In this document: positions 26,128 through 39,731 of the stretch, piece after piece
How the letters are laid out: each line of letters opens with the position of its first letter
How positions within the stretch are numbered: the stretch's first letter is position 1
Origin: Takakia lepidozioides
Lineage: Eukaryota; Plantae; Bryophyta
DNA length: 64,000 nucleotides
NCBI GenBank assembly: GCA_030704615.1
Contig: CM060733.1
Location: 10,540,001-10,604,000 of the forward strand
Direction: 5' to 3'
Position numbers and translations under genes: made by a program
The notes under the pieces: model-generated
The model's database searches: none
Seen by the model: only the letters and a program-made list of their open reading frames with translations
What the model was told of the DNA's origin: nothing

Positions 26128-29100
26128 ATGGCAGCAACAAGCCTGACGTTGCCAAAGATTTCTTGCTTCGGAGAGCATGTGGATTCCTGCAGACCTCGCA
26201 TTAGCACGTCGAGGTGGGCTCTCCCACTTTCTTTTTGACTGGTGGGTTGTGGCTAGTTGATGCAATGGGAAGGGATTGGGATCTGGAGATAGCCTGGAGA
26301 TGGGTAGCGACAGGGGGATTCCAGGGAACCTCCCGATCGGCTTAGCAGGTGTCAGGTGTCAGGTTTATTTTCGCAGTGTGGCTGTAGTACTTGCACTTAT
26401 TGGTGGGGAATAGAAAATGGATTAGTTCTTCAAGTGTTGTAATTCCGTGTTGGAAGAATTGCTCTTCTTTGGAGTTCCTCCTGTGATTGATGTTGTTCCC
26501 AACAACTGAATTTAACATCGAATTCAGCCTGATGATGACAACAAGATATCCAAGTTTCTGCAAAGGGAATGGATAGGAACCCAGGGCCTTGAGTGGAAAG
26601 GGTTATTTGAGCTCGCTACTTGTATTCGCACAATAGTCTCACATAAACAGTGTGAAAGGGAATGTTAGACACATGAGCTTCAGAAAGATGAAGCCCTTGC
26701 ACAGAATATTGTATAAAGGTTCATCGCAGATTGCCGGGTAGAGTAAGCTCAAAGGTACTCCGATCGTGAGTCGCTCTGCCCCACCAGTTGCCCTCTTCTT
26801 TGCACAAACCTATTTCGTGCTCTGTTGCGTCTTGGTGAAGCTGGTGTTGTGATCGGAGTAATTTCTTGTTATGACCAATCAACTCAGCTTATAAGGAAGC
26901 AAGAGGTGCCCTAACCTAACAGAACATAGAGCATAGAGGAAATCTGGCTTGTGTGCACGACATCTCCGTCCTTGTTGCAGTGTCGCAAGTGCCCTTGTTA
27001 CTGTTTGGTGCCGCATGACTACATTCGAGTTAGAAAGTTGTAGTCGTGACAGGTTAATATGCTAGATAGAGATGGTCACTAAGACTATCAGCCTCCCAAC
27101 TTTCGGATCGGAGTAGCTACCTGTTGTATCCATGGATGTTATGTGCTTTTTGACCAATGAACTTAACTGTTCGTGTTCTTCTCTTTTCTGTGGTTTGGAG
27201 GGGGATATCCGTTATATTTTTGACTGACCTGGTTATTCCTAATTTACTTAAACACACTGGTTCTGGTTTTTCCACCTCAATCAACATAATGCTGGTTATT
27301 TCCTTACGATTTGACAGATCTGCCCGGACATTCGTCCCGGCTAAAACCTCGACAGTCAAATCCTTCTCGGGTCTCAAGAATGTTGGATCAGGTACGCCTT
27401 CCAGCTCACATTTTGGGGGAGATTCACTGGCTTTGTTGAAAAGACACACCAAGGTGTCAGTGCGATTGCAGAGTGCAATAGCTCCAGGACAAGCTAGAGC
27501 TGCAGCATTTAAAGTAGCAGTTCTTGGAGCAGCTGGAGGAATCGGTCAACCTCTCTCCTTGCTTATCAAAATGTCACCGCTGGTTTCCAGCCTGAACTTG
27601 TATGATATTGCAAACGTTAAGGGTGTTGTTGCTGATCTCAGCCACTGCAACACTCCTGCTCAGGTACTTACTTTGTGGCATTAGCAAGTGTTTCTGTTGG
27701 ATGTCATGACCCACAGATGGGTGTTGGTTTGTGTACCCTGTTTATACATCACAATAGGTGTTGTATGTAGTACAGCAATCTCACTTTGCATTTTCCATGT
27801 TTGTCTGGCTGCATCAGTGGAAGAGTGCAAATGGTACCTCGGCTAATGCAGATTAGTGTCATCGATGGGTATAGTTTCCGAGAAGTATTCACAGATCTGG
27901 CCCTGTGACAGGTGGCAGCATTCACAGGACCTGGGGAGCTTGCACAAGCACTGAAGGGTGTCGATGTTGTTGTTATACCAGCGGGTGTGCCACGCAAGCC
28001 CGGCATGACCCGCGATGATCTCTTCAACATAAATGCTGGGATTGTGAGGTCTCTTGTGGAGGCCATTGCCGACAATGCCCCGAATGTGAGTCTTCACTCA
28101 TGAAAGTTATCTGGACAGGGAGATGAATGAGCATTTGTTACTCCTGGCTAGTATATTTTGCTTGTGTATCAAATGCTGTGGCAAACACCCAGATGTACTT
28201 AGAGACTTTCTGATCAACTTCCCCTGCTTGTCCTGAATCTAGCCCTGTCATTCTGCTCGGAAGAGAAGTTTCTGTAACTGCCCCCAAGGATGTCACTAGT
28301 AGTTTTTTTATGTGCAGTTTTTATGCTTTTGAAGTAGTTAAGCTGTATGGTTGGCATTAAAAGTTTTGTTTGTTCTTTCTCTAGGGGTAATCTGTATGTC
28401 TGGATTGTCATGTGAGTTTTGATGCAGCAAAGTTCTGGTACAGTGGTTTATCTAACATGACTGATCTGGGAATCTGGGGTTTTGTTTGGGCAGGCATTGA
28501 TAAACATCATAAGCAACCCAGTTAATTCGACAGTTCCCATTGCTGCAGAAGTGCTGAAACAAAAAGGTGTATATGACCCAAAGAGGCTTTTTGGAGTGAC
28601 TACCCTGGATGTAGTGCGGGCCAACACATTTGTGGCGCAGAAGAAGAACCTCAGGCTGATTGATGTAGATGTGCCTGTGATTGGAGGGCATGCCGGAATC
28701 ACCATTCTTCCTTTGCTCTCTAAGACAAGACCTACTGTTGACTTCACACCAGAGGAAATCGAGGAGCTCACAGTGCGGATTCAGAATGCTGGAACAGAAG
28801 TTGTAGAGGTGTGTTACTGCAGTTACAGTAACTTGAGTGAAGTTCTGTGCAATAGACTCTTTTGGAACTGGTATGCAGTGCTTTGTATGATGAGTGACAC
28901 ATCTAGAAAGGTAGAAGTCCTTTTGCTAGTTACTTCCCCTCAAACCTGCCTCAAGACTTAATGTGGTAACGATCGTGGGAGTTTTTTAAAACAGTTTCTG
29001 GCATATCTCAAACAAGGGGTTCCTTTTATTGTTGCTGTTCTCTGCAGGCAAAAGCTGGTGCAGGTTCTGCCACACTTTCAATGGTAATTGTGACTGCTCC

Positions 29101-29955
29101 TTAGGCATGTAGATCATGTCCATAATGCACTGTTATGCCTGAATAATGTTTGTTTGTAACCAGATAAGTGAGTGCTGTCGTGGTCATGTGTGAGGTTGGC
29201 GAGCTGGTACAGACCGACGGCTATGTTTGGGTGTGCCATGTCTTGGAAGGGGTCTAGGTTCTGTAGCACGTTCTAGGACTGGTTCCTGGCCAAGCTTTAA
29301 TTTATGTTAAGGTCAACATATTAAGTTTGTGGGAGATAGCCATAGTTCAAAAGATTGCAAGTTCTGGTCTCCAAGAGAGTCAGTGGCAAACCTCTTGTTT
29401 CAAAGGCCTGCAATGTCAAGGGATTCCCGGCAGTTACGTTTGAGTTTTCACCTATTGACAGCTACACTTAAAGCATGTGCCACTTTGTTTATGAAGGCAT
29501 ATGCGGCAGCAAGATTTGCAGAGTCTTGCATTCGGGCTCTGGATGGTGATACGGATGTGTACGAGTGTGCATATGTGCAGTCTGAGGTACATCCTTTCTC
29601 ATACGTCCCCTTCAGAGATTGCCTGGGCTTACAGCAGGTGATAGTAATAGCCTTTAAGAGAAGATGCACTGTTTGCTTCGTAGTCTTTCCTCAATTTTCG
29701 TGTTCGCACAGATGATCTGCTAGGCAAGAGCTAATGGATGAAATGGCATGGGGGCACCAGGTGACAGACTTGCCCTTCTTTGCCACACGGGTGAAGCTGG
29801 GAAAGAAAGGACTAGAGGCTATAGTGAGCGAAGACTTGAGTAGCCTGACAGAATATGAGCAGAAGGCCTTGGAAGCGCTGAAGCCGGAGTTGAAGGGCAG
29901 CATCGAAAAGGGTGTTAATTTTGCAAGCAAGCAAGCTGCAGCTGCCACTGTCTAA
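26128..29955 (+). CDS. MDH: Plastid NAD-dependent malate dehydrogenase, 7 exons (26128-26213, 27318-27663, 27912-28085, 28494-28808, 29048-29083, 29497-29586, 29761-29955)
   Basis: Ser/Thr-rich transit peptide followed by [70 protein letters not shown]. All introns are GT-AG and in phase. Confidence 0.96.
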
Positions 29956-32060
29956 TTTAGAGTTCCATCCCTCCCTCCTTCTCAGCCTGGTGGGAAATTC
30001 TGATTTTGAGGACAATCTTGGTACCAGTTTAGAGGGGTGAAGGCTAGCGCTTGAGCTGTATTGCACACGTTACTATTTGATCTCCTGTTTCCGAAGGTTT
30101 AGATCTAACTGCGAGGCAGCAGTAATTTTGTTGAGAAAATAGGTAGGGCTACGTCTCGCTGCAAGGTCAAAATAAGATGAGTGCAAGCATTTTAAGTGTA
30201 GTGTTTTCACCAAAAGCACGAGGTTGCTATTGGTGGAATTGTGATGGTGCACCGCTGCTCTACGATGGGCTCCATTCTCTTGTTTCCATTTCTAGGGTGT
30301 GTTAGATATATGTTCCATGCCCATGTGCACTGCTCATGGGAGACACAAAGAGGATTTGACATGTTTTACACATAGACGGTGAATTATTATTATTAGTATC
30401 TGGGCTCCTCAGCATACAGTTGTGTGCACATCTTTGGTGGACACACAGAACATGATGATTGAGGGTATGTCCTGTTCACATTGTTGGCCCATCTTTGTGG
30501 TTAACCACTTGTCCCCTCATCATAAATGACATGGAGATGTGTCAATAAAAATTTACAAGATTGCCTGTTGCATCTTATGTTACTGTGTCAAAAATTTAAG
30601 ATGGTAGCCACTCCAGTAGCAAGTGAACCATCTCTCAGCCATACTGGTCCATTGTCTCAGCTCCTAGCTAATTTCATATCCTGTGCAATTTCTGTTCTCT
30701 GAGAAACACAGAGACGGCCGAGCAGGATGAAGCTTAACCCTTAAGTTCCCAAGCGACCTGAATGGGGTCACTTTGAATTTGCAGGGTCGACCTAATTTTC
30801 GCAGATCTAATCTGATGGGGCCCACTCCTGAACCTTTAATGACAAGGGATTTGTCTCGAGTATGATGCAAAAAACAAAATTAAAAAAAAACAAAAGCTGC
30901 GACTTACAAAAAATATCTTAGATCTTTAATTTACATTTTGGGGCCTGAAATGGGCTGTTGACCGCTGACGTGGCAGGTAAACAAGCCCAAAACAGATTGC
31001 ACTCCAAAGGCAGAAAATTAGCAATTTTGGAAAAAACACTTCACCTTGTGGTGTGTGAGCATTACATACACACATCCACCCTAGGGAAAAAAGTACTTCA
31101 TTTGGAGGCACATTTTCTGTTGTCAATTTTGAGATTTCAACCCCCATGTAATTGCATGCATAGCAACCATAGGTGAAAAAATCAGTTGGACCTGCAATTT
31201 AGTGGGGTCATGGCACTCCACTGTTGATTTGGAAATGGTGGGTCTTGGGGCAAGCAAAATTGGATAAAGCTAGGTTTTGATTTGGTCAAACCAATTTCTT
31301 TCTCACTTTTTCTTTGGGACCTGATATTTGAGGTCCGGGCCAACGCTATAATCTCACAATTTCCACGGTGGACTTGGCTCATTTTTTGGTATGTCATGCA
31401 TAAATGAGCTGGGTCCATTGCTATAAGGCTGGAATCTGTGGATGATTTTTGGTAGGTTTCTAGGGGCAATTTACTGCAGCTGGGTACCCAAAATTGGTAA
31501 AAAGTCAAAAAAGGGCTTGGGAACTTAAGGGTTAAGAACGTTTTGTTGGGAGCCATGCTGTCTCTGGAAAAGCGAAGGCAGCATTCTAGAATCAGATCAA
31601 AGCTGTCTGCTACTAGATGCCAGTGAGGAGCATAAAAAACTGAATCATCTTCTTAAGGGTGAAGGGCGGCCAGTTCAATAAAAACCACTGGAAATCACAC
31701 AGTTCCAAAAGCCTCAATCCTCCATTCATAAGAGATGAGAGAGCCAACACGTCAGCCTTTAGTTGTTCCATGACCTGCATATCTCCAGCCTGTTCGCTCT
31801 GGAAACCAGTCACAAGACGGCGATGGCGGTGTTGACCACAGGGAAGGCCAAAGGTTTAAAACGCTTGAGCACCGTGGTGCTCCAATGGTATTCCACCCCA
31901 TCACTTGGCAGCCCTCCTTTGCAGATCGAATTCGGTTACTCAAATTTAAGGAGTTCCTGAGAGTCCCACTGACCTCCCGCTTTGAAGAAAACCATTAGCG
32001 TCCATGCCAGTAGCTCTGGCTGTGCACGCCGCCCCTCTATTTGATTCTCTCTCCATAGCC

Positions 32061-32318
32061 TTACCTAAGTTCAACATGAGAGAACCCACTGATATCCGAG
32101 CTTTGTAGCATCTGCACCTGCTTGGAGCCCCTGCGCAGAAGATATTCGATCTGCTGGAAGTTCTTCTTGTCAATGCTGGTTGCATTCCTCCGAAACTCAG
32201 CTGCCACGAACACCTCAATGCCACGCCGCACTTCCGGAGGCTTACTGCGAGCAGCGCGCAACAGAGCTCTGTACAAACTCAGCACCTGCCTCTGCACCCC
32301 CGACAGCCTTCCTCCCAT
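32061..32318 (-). CDS. SDHAF1: Succinate dehydrogenase assembly factor 1 (LYR-motif protein)
   Basis: [24 protein letters not shown]...[25 protein letters not shown] is typical of SDHAF1. The 3' end may instead be spliced (AG|GTAAGG at the stop). Confidence 0.9.
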   Translation of the reverse strand: MGGRLSGVQRQVLSLYRALLRAARSKPPEVRRGIEVFVAAEFRRNATSIDKKNFQQIEYLLRRGSKQVQMLQSSDISGFSHVELR

Positions 32319-32561
32319 CTTCCTGTGCACCTTACATTCAAGACACACAAGCCATGGAAGCAGATCCCACAACCCACACACACGGATTCTTCCGTCTTCA
32401 CAACCCACAAAACGATTTGAGTGCATGCCAGATGCACACGCAGCTCCGAGGTAACACCACGTGGTATCCTTTCTTTTCTTTTTCCTTTCGTCTGTAAATC
32501 AAGTCAAGTAATTCTAGCGACGACTGAAGGTCGGAGACTAGTTTAGCGTAGAGGGGGAATA

Positions 32562-32870
32562 GGGTGCCATAATGCCACGTCATTGTTACCACGTCATCGT
32601 AGCCACGTCGTCGTCGTCAGCCACGTCATCCTCATCATTTTTGTTTAGCGCTGCCGATATTGCCCAAAGAGAAAACCATGAAAGTGTGCCATAATGCGTG
32701 CCACGTCATCCTCGTCATTTTTGTTTTGAGCTGCCCACATTGCCCAAAGAGAAAACCATGCAAGGGTGCCATAATGCCACGTCATCATAGCCACGTCGTC
32801 GTCGTCAGCCACGTCATCCTCGTCATTTTTGTTTTGAGCTGCCCATATTGCACAAAGAGAAAACCATGTA
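32562..32870 (+). repeat. ~100-bp tandem repeat (about 3 units) rich in GCCACGTCA, upstream of SDHAF1
   Basis: Repeated gtgccataatgccacgtcatc..gccacgtcgtcgtcgtcagccacgtcatcctcgtcatttttg..aaagagaaaaccatg. Confidence 0.8.
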
Positions 32871-34189
32871 TGTAAGCGGGTCTACCTCGCGGCGCTTCAT
32901 CAATGTGCCCTCGCTCCGCACCTACGTCCATGAACTCTGTCCTGATAAGTCCTAGTTCCCCTCTGCATGTTCCAAATCGCATTGCATGGAGATCTGTTTG
33001 CAGCAGTTTCAAGCCAATTGCCGGGCTGTGGAGACTAGGAAAAGAAGAAGGAGGAGGAGGTGGAGGTGGTGGTTGGAATGTGCAGCGCAATCATATTAGG
33101 AAGGAAATTGCCAACACAATGGATACCGGAAGAATGTATATGGAATTCAACCTGGCCAGTCCACCTGTTCTTTCTAAAACAGAGGTTTCCAGCCGGTAAT
33201 CTGTGTTTCCTATGGAAGACTGATATGGCTTAATGGGCTCCAAGGAGTCCTTTCGAATGGATGATTGGGGATGGGGGAATAACAATATGCATTCTGTGGA
33301 CAGCCAGAGAAACTTAACCGATTTTATCTCAATTTCTACGCAAGATGACACGATTGTACTATCTCAATGCCTGGACTAGTCGACAAGAGTTGGTTAAACC
33401 AAGCAGCGGTAGCCGTCGGAATTAAGCATGCATGGGAGGGTGATATGGCTACAGTGCCACAGGTGAGAACGTTGCAAAGGTATTGATAAACATTGGGATG
33501 GCAGGTTGAAGTTCCCAATGCAGTGCATTTGTCTGTTCTCACCCTGTTCTCTGCCCCTCTCCCTACATCGTTTTGCATGGGCCGAGTTCGAATGCTATCC
33601 ATGGGCTCGAGGCTTATGACAAGCAAAGTGTAATTAAGTACTGCTGTCTCTCCTACCCATCTGGATATTGGGGTTTTTTTTTTGCGGGGGGGGGGGGGGG
33701 GGGGGGGGGGGTTGGGTGGGTGGGGTTAGTTGTGAATGCTGCTGCATTCAAGTTCAACTCCTCTCTTATTCCTCTGTGTAATCTAGCTTGCTGTATCTGA
33801 TAGCAGTTGTTGGGTGGACTTTGCATTCACCACACCCTGTCAAAGCTCCTTATTAAATCAGGAGGGAACCTTTTTGGCAGGCCAAGCAACTATATTCTTC
33901 TGAAAGCCACAGTATGCTTTAGTCTTCATTGACCAGGGAGCACTCTTGCTCTTTTCTGACATTTCTCAACTTCTTGCCCGGCTAACAGCTGAGGTGAGCT
34001 CTTGTTCTGGGAAATTTGGGTCTAGGTTCTACACCGTTTGCATGACATGTATGGGGAACCTTTTATGATGGGCTCTTAAGTTGGTTTGTCTGGTGAGTGG
34101 TGTATATTATTACTGGGGTTGCAGGCAAATGTGCATATGAGGTGCATATATAAATAGCACAGATGCAGACAAGCTGTGGAGCAAATTCT

Positions 34190-34431
34190 TTTCAAGCCCC
34201 AAGCAATGGAGCATTTGGGCTGCATGGAGGATCTTCTTGGACATGCAGGGCAGTTGGATGAGGCAGAGGACTTCATCAAGAACATGTCAATGGAACCAGA
34301 TGCTTCGGTGTGGCGAACCTTGCTCGGTGCGAACCTTGCTCGGTGCCTGCAATCTTCATGGTGATGTGGACCTTGCAGAACGGGCAGCAAAATGCCTCCT
34401 GAAGCTGGGTCCGCAGGACCCTGGAACTTAG
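34190..34431 (+). pseudogene. PPR E-domain fragment
   Basis: EHLGCMEDLLGHAGQLDEAEDFIKNMSMEPDASVWRTLLGA (short duplication causing a frameshift) CNLHGDVDLAERAAKCLLKLGPQD. Confidence 0.85.
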
Positions 34432-35825
34432 CTATTGACTCTAAGAGTCACCAATATGTCATCAAGAGTTTTTTTTATTGCATCGCTTGATCTTGTCATT
34501 CCGTATTCAGCGAGTATAGATGGATGTAGGGGTAAATTGGGAGGCCACGAAATCGGTTGCTCTCTCTCTTATCTTTATCTTTATCTCTTGTTTTGGCGAT
34601 GGACTCGATCTCTGCCCACAAGAACATGTTTGGTGTCCCAAGATATTGTGTGGTCGCTGCGGCCTCCGGAGGAATGCCATGCTCTGAGAGCATCCCTGGA
34701 TTCTAACGAAGCCTGTCATGCCAGAGTCGATGCAGTGCAAGCCCATGACACAAATTAACCACTGGGTCATTGCGGAATGGAGCCACATCCACTATCCTGG
34801 AACAAGCATGACACTTCCAATTAGAGACTCTCTCCCCCTCTCTCCTGAGTTGCCTTGAGTTGCTCTTTGGTTTCTGTGGTTTGACTGTCACAATCTCTGC
34901 TAGTCAGCCTTCTACCTGCATTGGGGAGATCTTTCATAGTGCAGTGGAAAGAGATGGGTCAGAGGGTTCGATTGCATTACACTGCGGAACTAGTGCCATT
35001 GACAAAACAAAGTTGTATGCTTCAATGGAGACTGAAGAGAGAGAAAGAGGACATACTAAGAACAGACACTTAAAAACCTTGAAAGCAAATATCCATATCC
35101 AGACAATTGGTTTTATCAATACCATCATTTTCTTTAATCAAAACTATTGTTTTTATCAAGAATTTGTCTACAACTAGACCTATATAGACAATCATATCAA
35201 TTTAATCTTCAAATCAATATGAAAAAACAAACTGCTAATGCTAAGAGGCGGGAAAAGTATACTTCAAATAAAGAAACACTGAATGCTGACCGACGGAGAA
35301 GATATAAACAACAACAGACACAAAATATTTTCAATCCAAATGAACTTTAATTTGAGTAAAAGGGCCTCCGTCCCCTGTCCTTAACAAAAAAAGAAAAATA
35401 AAAGAAAAAAATCTAAATGCCAAACGGAGGGAAAAGTATAAACTTAAGGATTCACAAAAAAAACCACTCAATCCTGGATCCTTTTCCTAAGCAACATTCA
35501 CAATCCAAAATTGCTTCATGTATTAGAACACAACACAGTCCATCTTTTCATAAGACTTGAATAGACCCCATCAACAAATTAACAATTCATTGCATGCCAC
35601 TGTTTACTAAATCAATCCATTTCAACCTTTCCGCCATACCCAGTGGCCCATGGGTTGATGGTGTACGGGATGTATGTATTTAAGACCATGGGGATGACCC
35701 ACCCTTGTTTGTGAAACTTGAACATAGTTCTCATAAGTCGTCGCTAGTAGGGCAGAGCATAGCGAAGCCCTAGTATAAGATACTTATATTTAGTCACTTA
35801 ACTACACTAAGTGCACCTTCTCTCT

Positions 35826-35960
35826 GGGGAGCAGCTCAGTTGGATAGTGCATTGAGTGCCACCCAGTGACTTTGGGTTCAAAATCCGGCTACCATGTTCG
35901 GTGTGGTTCCCATGGGCCGAGTCCCATAAGCCTTGTCCACAGCAAGGTTACTTTGAAAAA
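35826..35960 (+). mobile_element. Putative tRNA-derived SINE
   Basis: A-box-like AGCTCAGTTGG and B-box-like GGTTCAAAATCC at tRNA-like spacing; no intact cloverleaf. Confidence 0.45.
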
Positions 35961-37486
35961 GGTTATTTTGGCCTCTCACTTTGATTTGTGAGCTGTTGCT
36001 AGGGTGATTTGGCCCGCCCAATATACACATGTTCACTTATGCTCTTGACACCATACTGACCTGGAAATTGTCTAATTCAATGGGGAGGAGTCATACTTTC
36101 TTCTTTTTTCCTCTCTCTTTTTTATGTACTAAGTGGAGTAAATGGAGAGTGAAGGGATCTTTATAAAGATAGGTTGAACAATATACATCAGTCGCGAGTA
36201 GAGTCCAGCCTAGCCTGCATACTCAAAGCCACTTCGCGTAACGGCTACTCAATCTTCAACACCTTGTGTACGCGTGGTGATTCATAGATTCTAAAGGTTT
36301 TTTGCAAGCATACAAGCCTCAAATACTTACAAAGGACCCTACTATAAAAAAAGCTTGTTTGGCTTGAAAGTTCTGCAGCCCTTGGCTAAGATACCATACC
36401 ACATTTCTGTATGGGAGGCAGGAGCAGGAAATAACCCGTCACTCAAATAGCATGGTCAAAGGTCATTATGCAAAATCCAAAACAAAAATGGCCCCCCCAC
36501 TAAAACACTAAAATCTGTCTAGTCCTATAGTGAATTTCTCCACAATTTGCATGGTAGGTGGCAAGGTGAATCTGGTTATAAGGATATGTGTGTAGCCTCC
36601 GTTAATTGGTCAGAGGTTACTGTTTAAGGAGGTGAAATTTGCCCAATGACGAGCCTTCAAAAGTTAATATGAGTTAATTTTAAATCAATAAAAATCATGA
36701 TCATAATTACTATAGGAAGATAATAGGTCTTAAAACCGTCCGCATAAATGAACCCAATTGAATATAGAAAACATAAGAATAATGTATGAACATAATACAC
36801 AAGTATGAATAAACAGTATTTTTCGCAATCTAAAGGTAGTAAAGGACATCAGAAAAATAGATGGGGGCCTCAATGAGAGACGCCAGATGTAGGATGTTGG
36901 GCTCCGCGTTTTGCGGTGAGAGGAACAAGGACTTAGCCGTTTCAAGGCTAGGCCTTCTTCAGTCTTCTCTCAAACTGCGGTCCTTCCCTTCATCCCCTCT
37001 TAGGATTATTCCTACACTTCTCCATCGCCCTCCGCCTTCTGGGTAGTCTCATCGGGCTTTCTTCATCGACCTCTTAAAATAGAAAGGAGAGGCCATGGCT
37101 AGGCCTGCTTCCGGATGATTGCGTGCTCAACATGTTGTTCCTTCTCTCGCTAGCCATTCGTTCCTGCTTTGCCATCTTTTGATGAAGGCGCACTCTGCAG
37201 GGTGTTCTCATCTCACGCGCTCGACATTTGATGCATTTGCGACGCTATTCATTCTTCTCTGCAACTAAGATAAATGCCTACAGCGGAGTTTCGCGCCACT
37301 GTCTCTGGATGGGCTCTCGGATGGGCTCTCGGATGTAACTGTCTGGCACCTTACTTGCATTGCTTCTCTCTCTTTTCTCTCCTATTTGCCCTCCTGTCTG
37401 TTTCGGCATTTTCGCAGCTTGGAAGGTTTTCCATAGTGCTGCTGCTCCTTCTTCTTTGGTGTCGTTCTCACCAAACCCAAGTATCT

Positions 37487-39080
37487 ATGGCCCACGTTCA
37501 GGCTGCTGCCCATGGATATGGCCCTAGGAGGGATAACAGGAGACAGGAAAGGGGCAGGCACCCTAGGAGAAGACATGCGCCCGGGCCAGGCCTGCTCGGA
37601 ATGGGCCCAAGGCCTCATTTTTCCCTGCCTAGACCGCCAACCCAGTGGAGTGAGGTGGCGGCCCCCGTCGATGAATCTCAACTCATTCTGCAGTTGAACA
37701 TGGGCATCATAAAAGAGCAATCACAGATGATGTCTGAGCAAGGGATTCTTCTCTACTTCCCAGGAAGAGTTCGAGACAGAGCCTTTGTAAGGAAATGGGC
37801 ATATAAAAACCTGGGAGCGGGAGGAGGCCTTACCTCGCATTTTTGTGTGGCCCTGGGTAGAGGGTTCTTCTCTCTAATGTTCAGTTCTCACGATCAGGTG
37901 GAGAAAGCCTTGAGATTTAATGTCTCCCTCTCCAAGTGCAGGGTATATATATTCCCTTGGTCGCCTGAAAGGGGCCATAAAGGAGGGGTAACATGCAAGC
38001 CCAGAGTGTTGGCTTTGCCCTTCCTCCCAGGGAATTATCTTCGCTCTCTCCCGGAGATTGGGGCGCACTTTGGCGCTTTCATAGGAGTCTTTGAGCAGGT
38101 TGAGATAGATGCCCAAAGCATCGACGACGACCTGGCATCTTACGAGGCCCACAGAGACAGTGGTGTGCCTCATTAGGTGGTGATAATGCCGGAATCGGCT
38201 GCTATAGTCTCTTCTTTAAAGCTTCTCACTCTAGACAATTCGTTTGTCTCTGTATCTGTTCAAGAGGTGATTATTAATGTCATATGTTTCCACTGTAATG
38301 CCGAAGGCCATGTCAAGGCAGAATGCCCGGTCCTTCTGAGATCAAAAGCGAATGTGGTCTCCTCTCTGGATAATGCGGGGGTGGGCACTTCCCAGGCCCC
38401 GATGTGGGTCTTTCCCTCAAGCGATCAGAGGTGACTCCCCCGGCGCCTCCGCCGGCAAAGAGAACCCGTTTGGAACTCTCCCCCGCTTCGATAAGCCCAA
38501 GGGTCTATCTGACATCTTCTCCCTCACAGGGTGCACAAATCCTCTCGGAGGACATTCCAGCTTTGTTCCCCATCACCTCGCTGGGTGGAAGACAGACTCT
38601 GGCTGCCTTCTGCCTCCAGCTCAGGTCTTTCACAGATGTGGAATTACAGGATGCTTCACACCTCGTGGGAGGACAGTCGGTGGTTATTAAAATCTCCCCA
38701 ATCATTTTTGGGTTCCCAGAAGGATTCCCATCCATTCTGCTCTCAGGAAACAACAAAATTGCCTCGGCATGGATCACGAAGAAGGATGTTCTCTCAGTGA
38801 TCCCGGGGACGGAGCTTGAGCTCATTCTTAGCAAGATACGCGAGATCTTTGCTTCATCTCTTCCACTGTTTGATCTTTCAGTCTGATGTTTATTTTGGCT
38901 CAAGGATTCACCAATCTGCTTCCAATAAGAAACTATTTTTCGTGCAAGTTCTTCCTCTTCTAAGGTTCTCTGATGTGTCCAACTTGCAGCTAGGAGAGGT
39001 GGCACAAAAGAGGATATATGGAAGCTCGGTTCTTGTGGAGCTCGGAAGTGCATCAACAACGCAATGGCATGGGCCTTGTG
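37487..39080 (+). mobile_element. L1 LINE ORF1 remnant (DUF4283-like region + CCHC knuckle), cut off by a MULE end
   Basis: VALGRGFFSLMFSS..VYIFPWSP..LPEIGAHFG, then a stop, then ICFHCNAEGHVKAECP. Confidence 0.75.
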
Positions 39081-39731
39081 CATGAGCGCGCGAGCGTACG
39101 CTCACGCAGGAGTGACGTGGCGTGAGCGTGCACCCACGCTGGCGTGGCGTGAGCGTGATGTCAACAGGCTGATGTGGCGACAAATACTGACGTGGCACTG
39201 CGCCGTCATCTGCCACGTCAGCATGAACATGCGCCGCCTATAACCGAGGATGGTCCTATGACCGTGGGACTAATGCAGGGAATCCTTGGCTGAATACAAT
39301 CAAGACTACCATGAGGCTTATAATTGCAGCATCCAACATTGTGCAATTACAAATGTTTGTTTCACTTTTACAATTACAAAGACGAGAAAATATCCTCACA
39401 AAGTGTGCGCCATAGAGGTTGTAATGGGAAGACCTTGCTCCCTCCGCAAAAAACAATGAGAGTTAGGATCATCTTCAAAAGATAATTGCAGTGCATAGCG
39501 ACAGGAAGACATGTAGACTTTGAACGGTGCAATGATGAATGTGCTTTTAAAAGTTGCCACTCAGAGCTCACTCAGTATAGTTGGAAGGATAATGGAGGGA
39601 TAAGGGACGCCATATCATTGCACCGCCGACGATGTTGCAAACGAATTGATTTGAATTGAATTTCCATGACAATGTTGCAAATTGCACATTTCATAGCATG
39701 ATCGTCCACGTACCACATTGCATAGTTGATG

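Noticed and set aside
33030-33465. Protein-coding exons divergent from SDHAF1
   Set aside because: Splice-like signals exist, but no continuous open frame or recognisable motif.
35050-35775. Non-autonomous Helitron (basic ORF 35147-35350; terminal GGGC..GCCCTAGT hairpin)
   Set aside because: Suggestive only: no Rep/helicase motif and no definable 5' end.
35826-35900. Functional tRNA gene
   Set aside because: A/B-box-like motifs are present but the acceptor and anticodon stems do not pair; treated as SINE-like.
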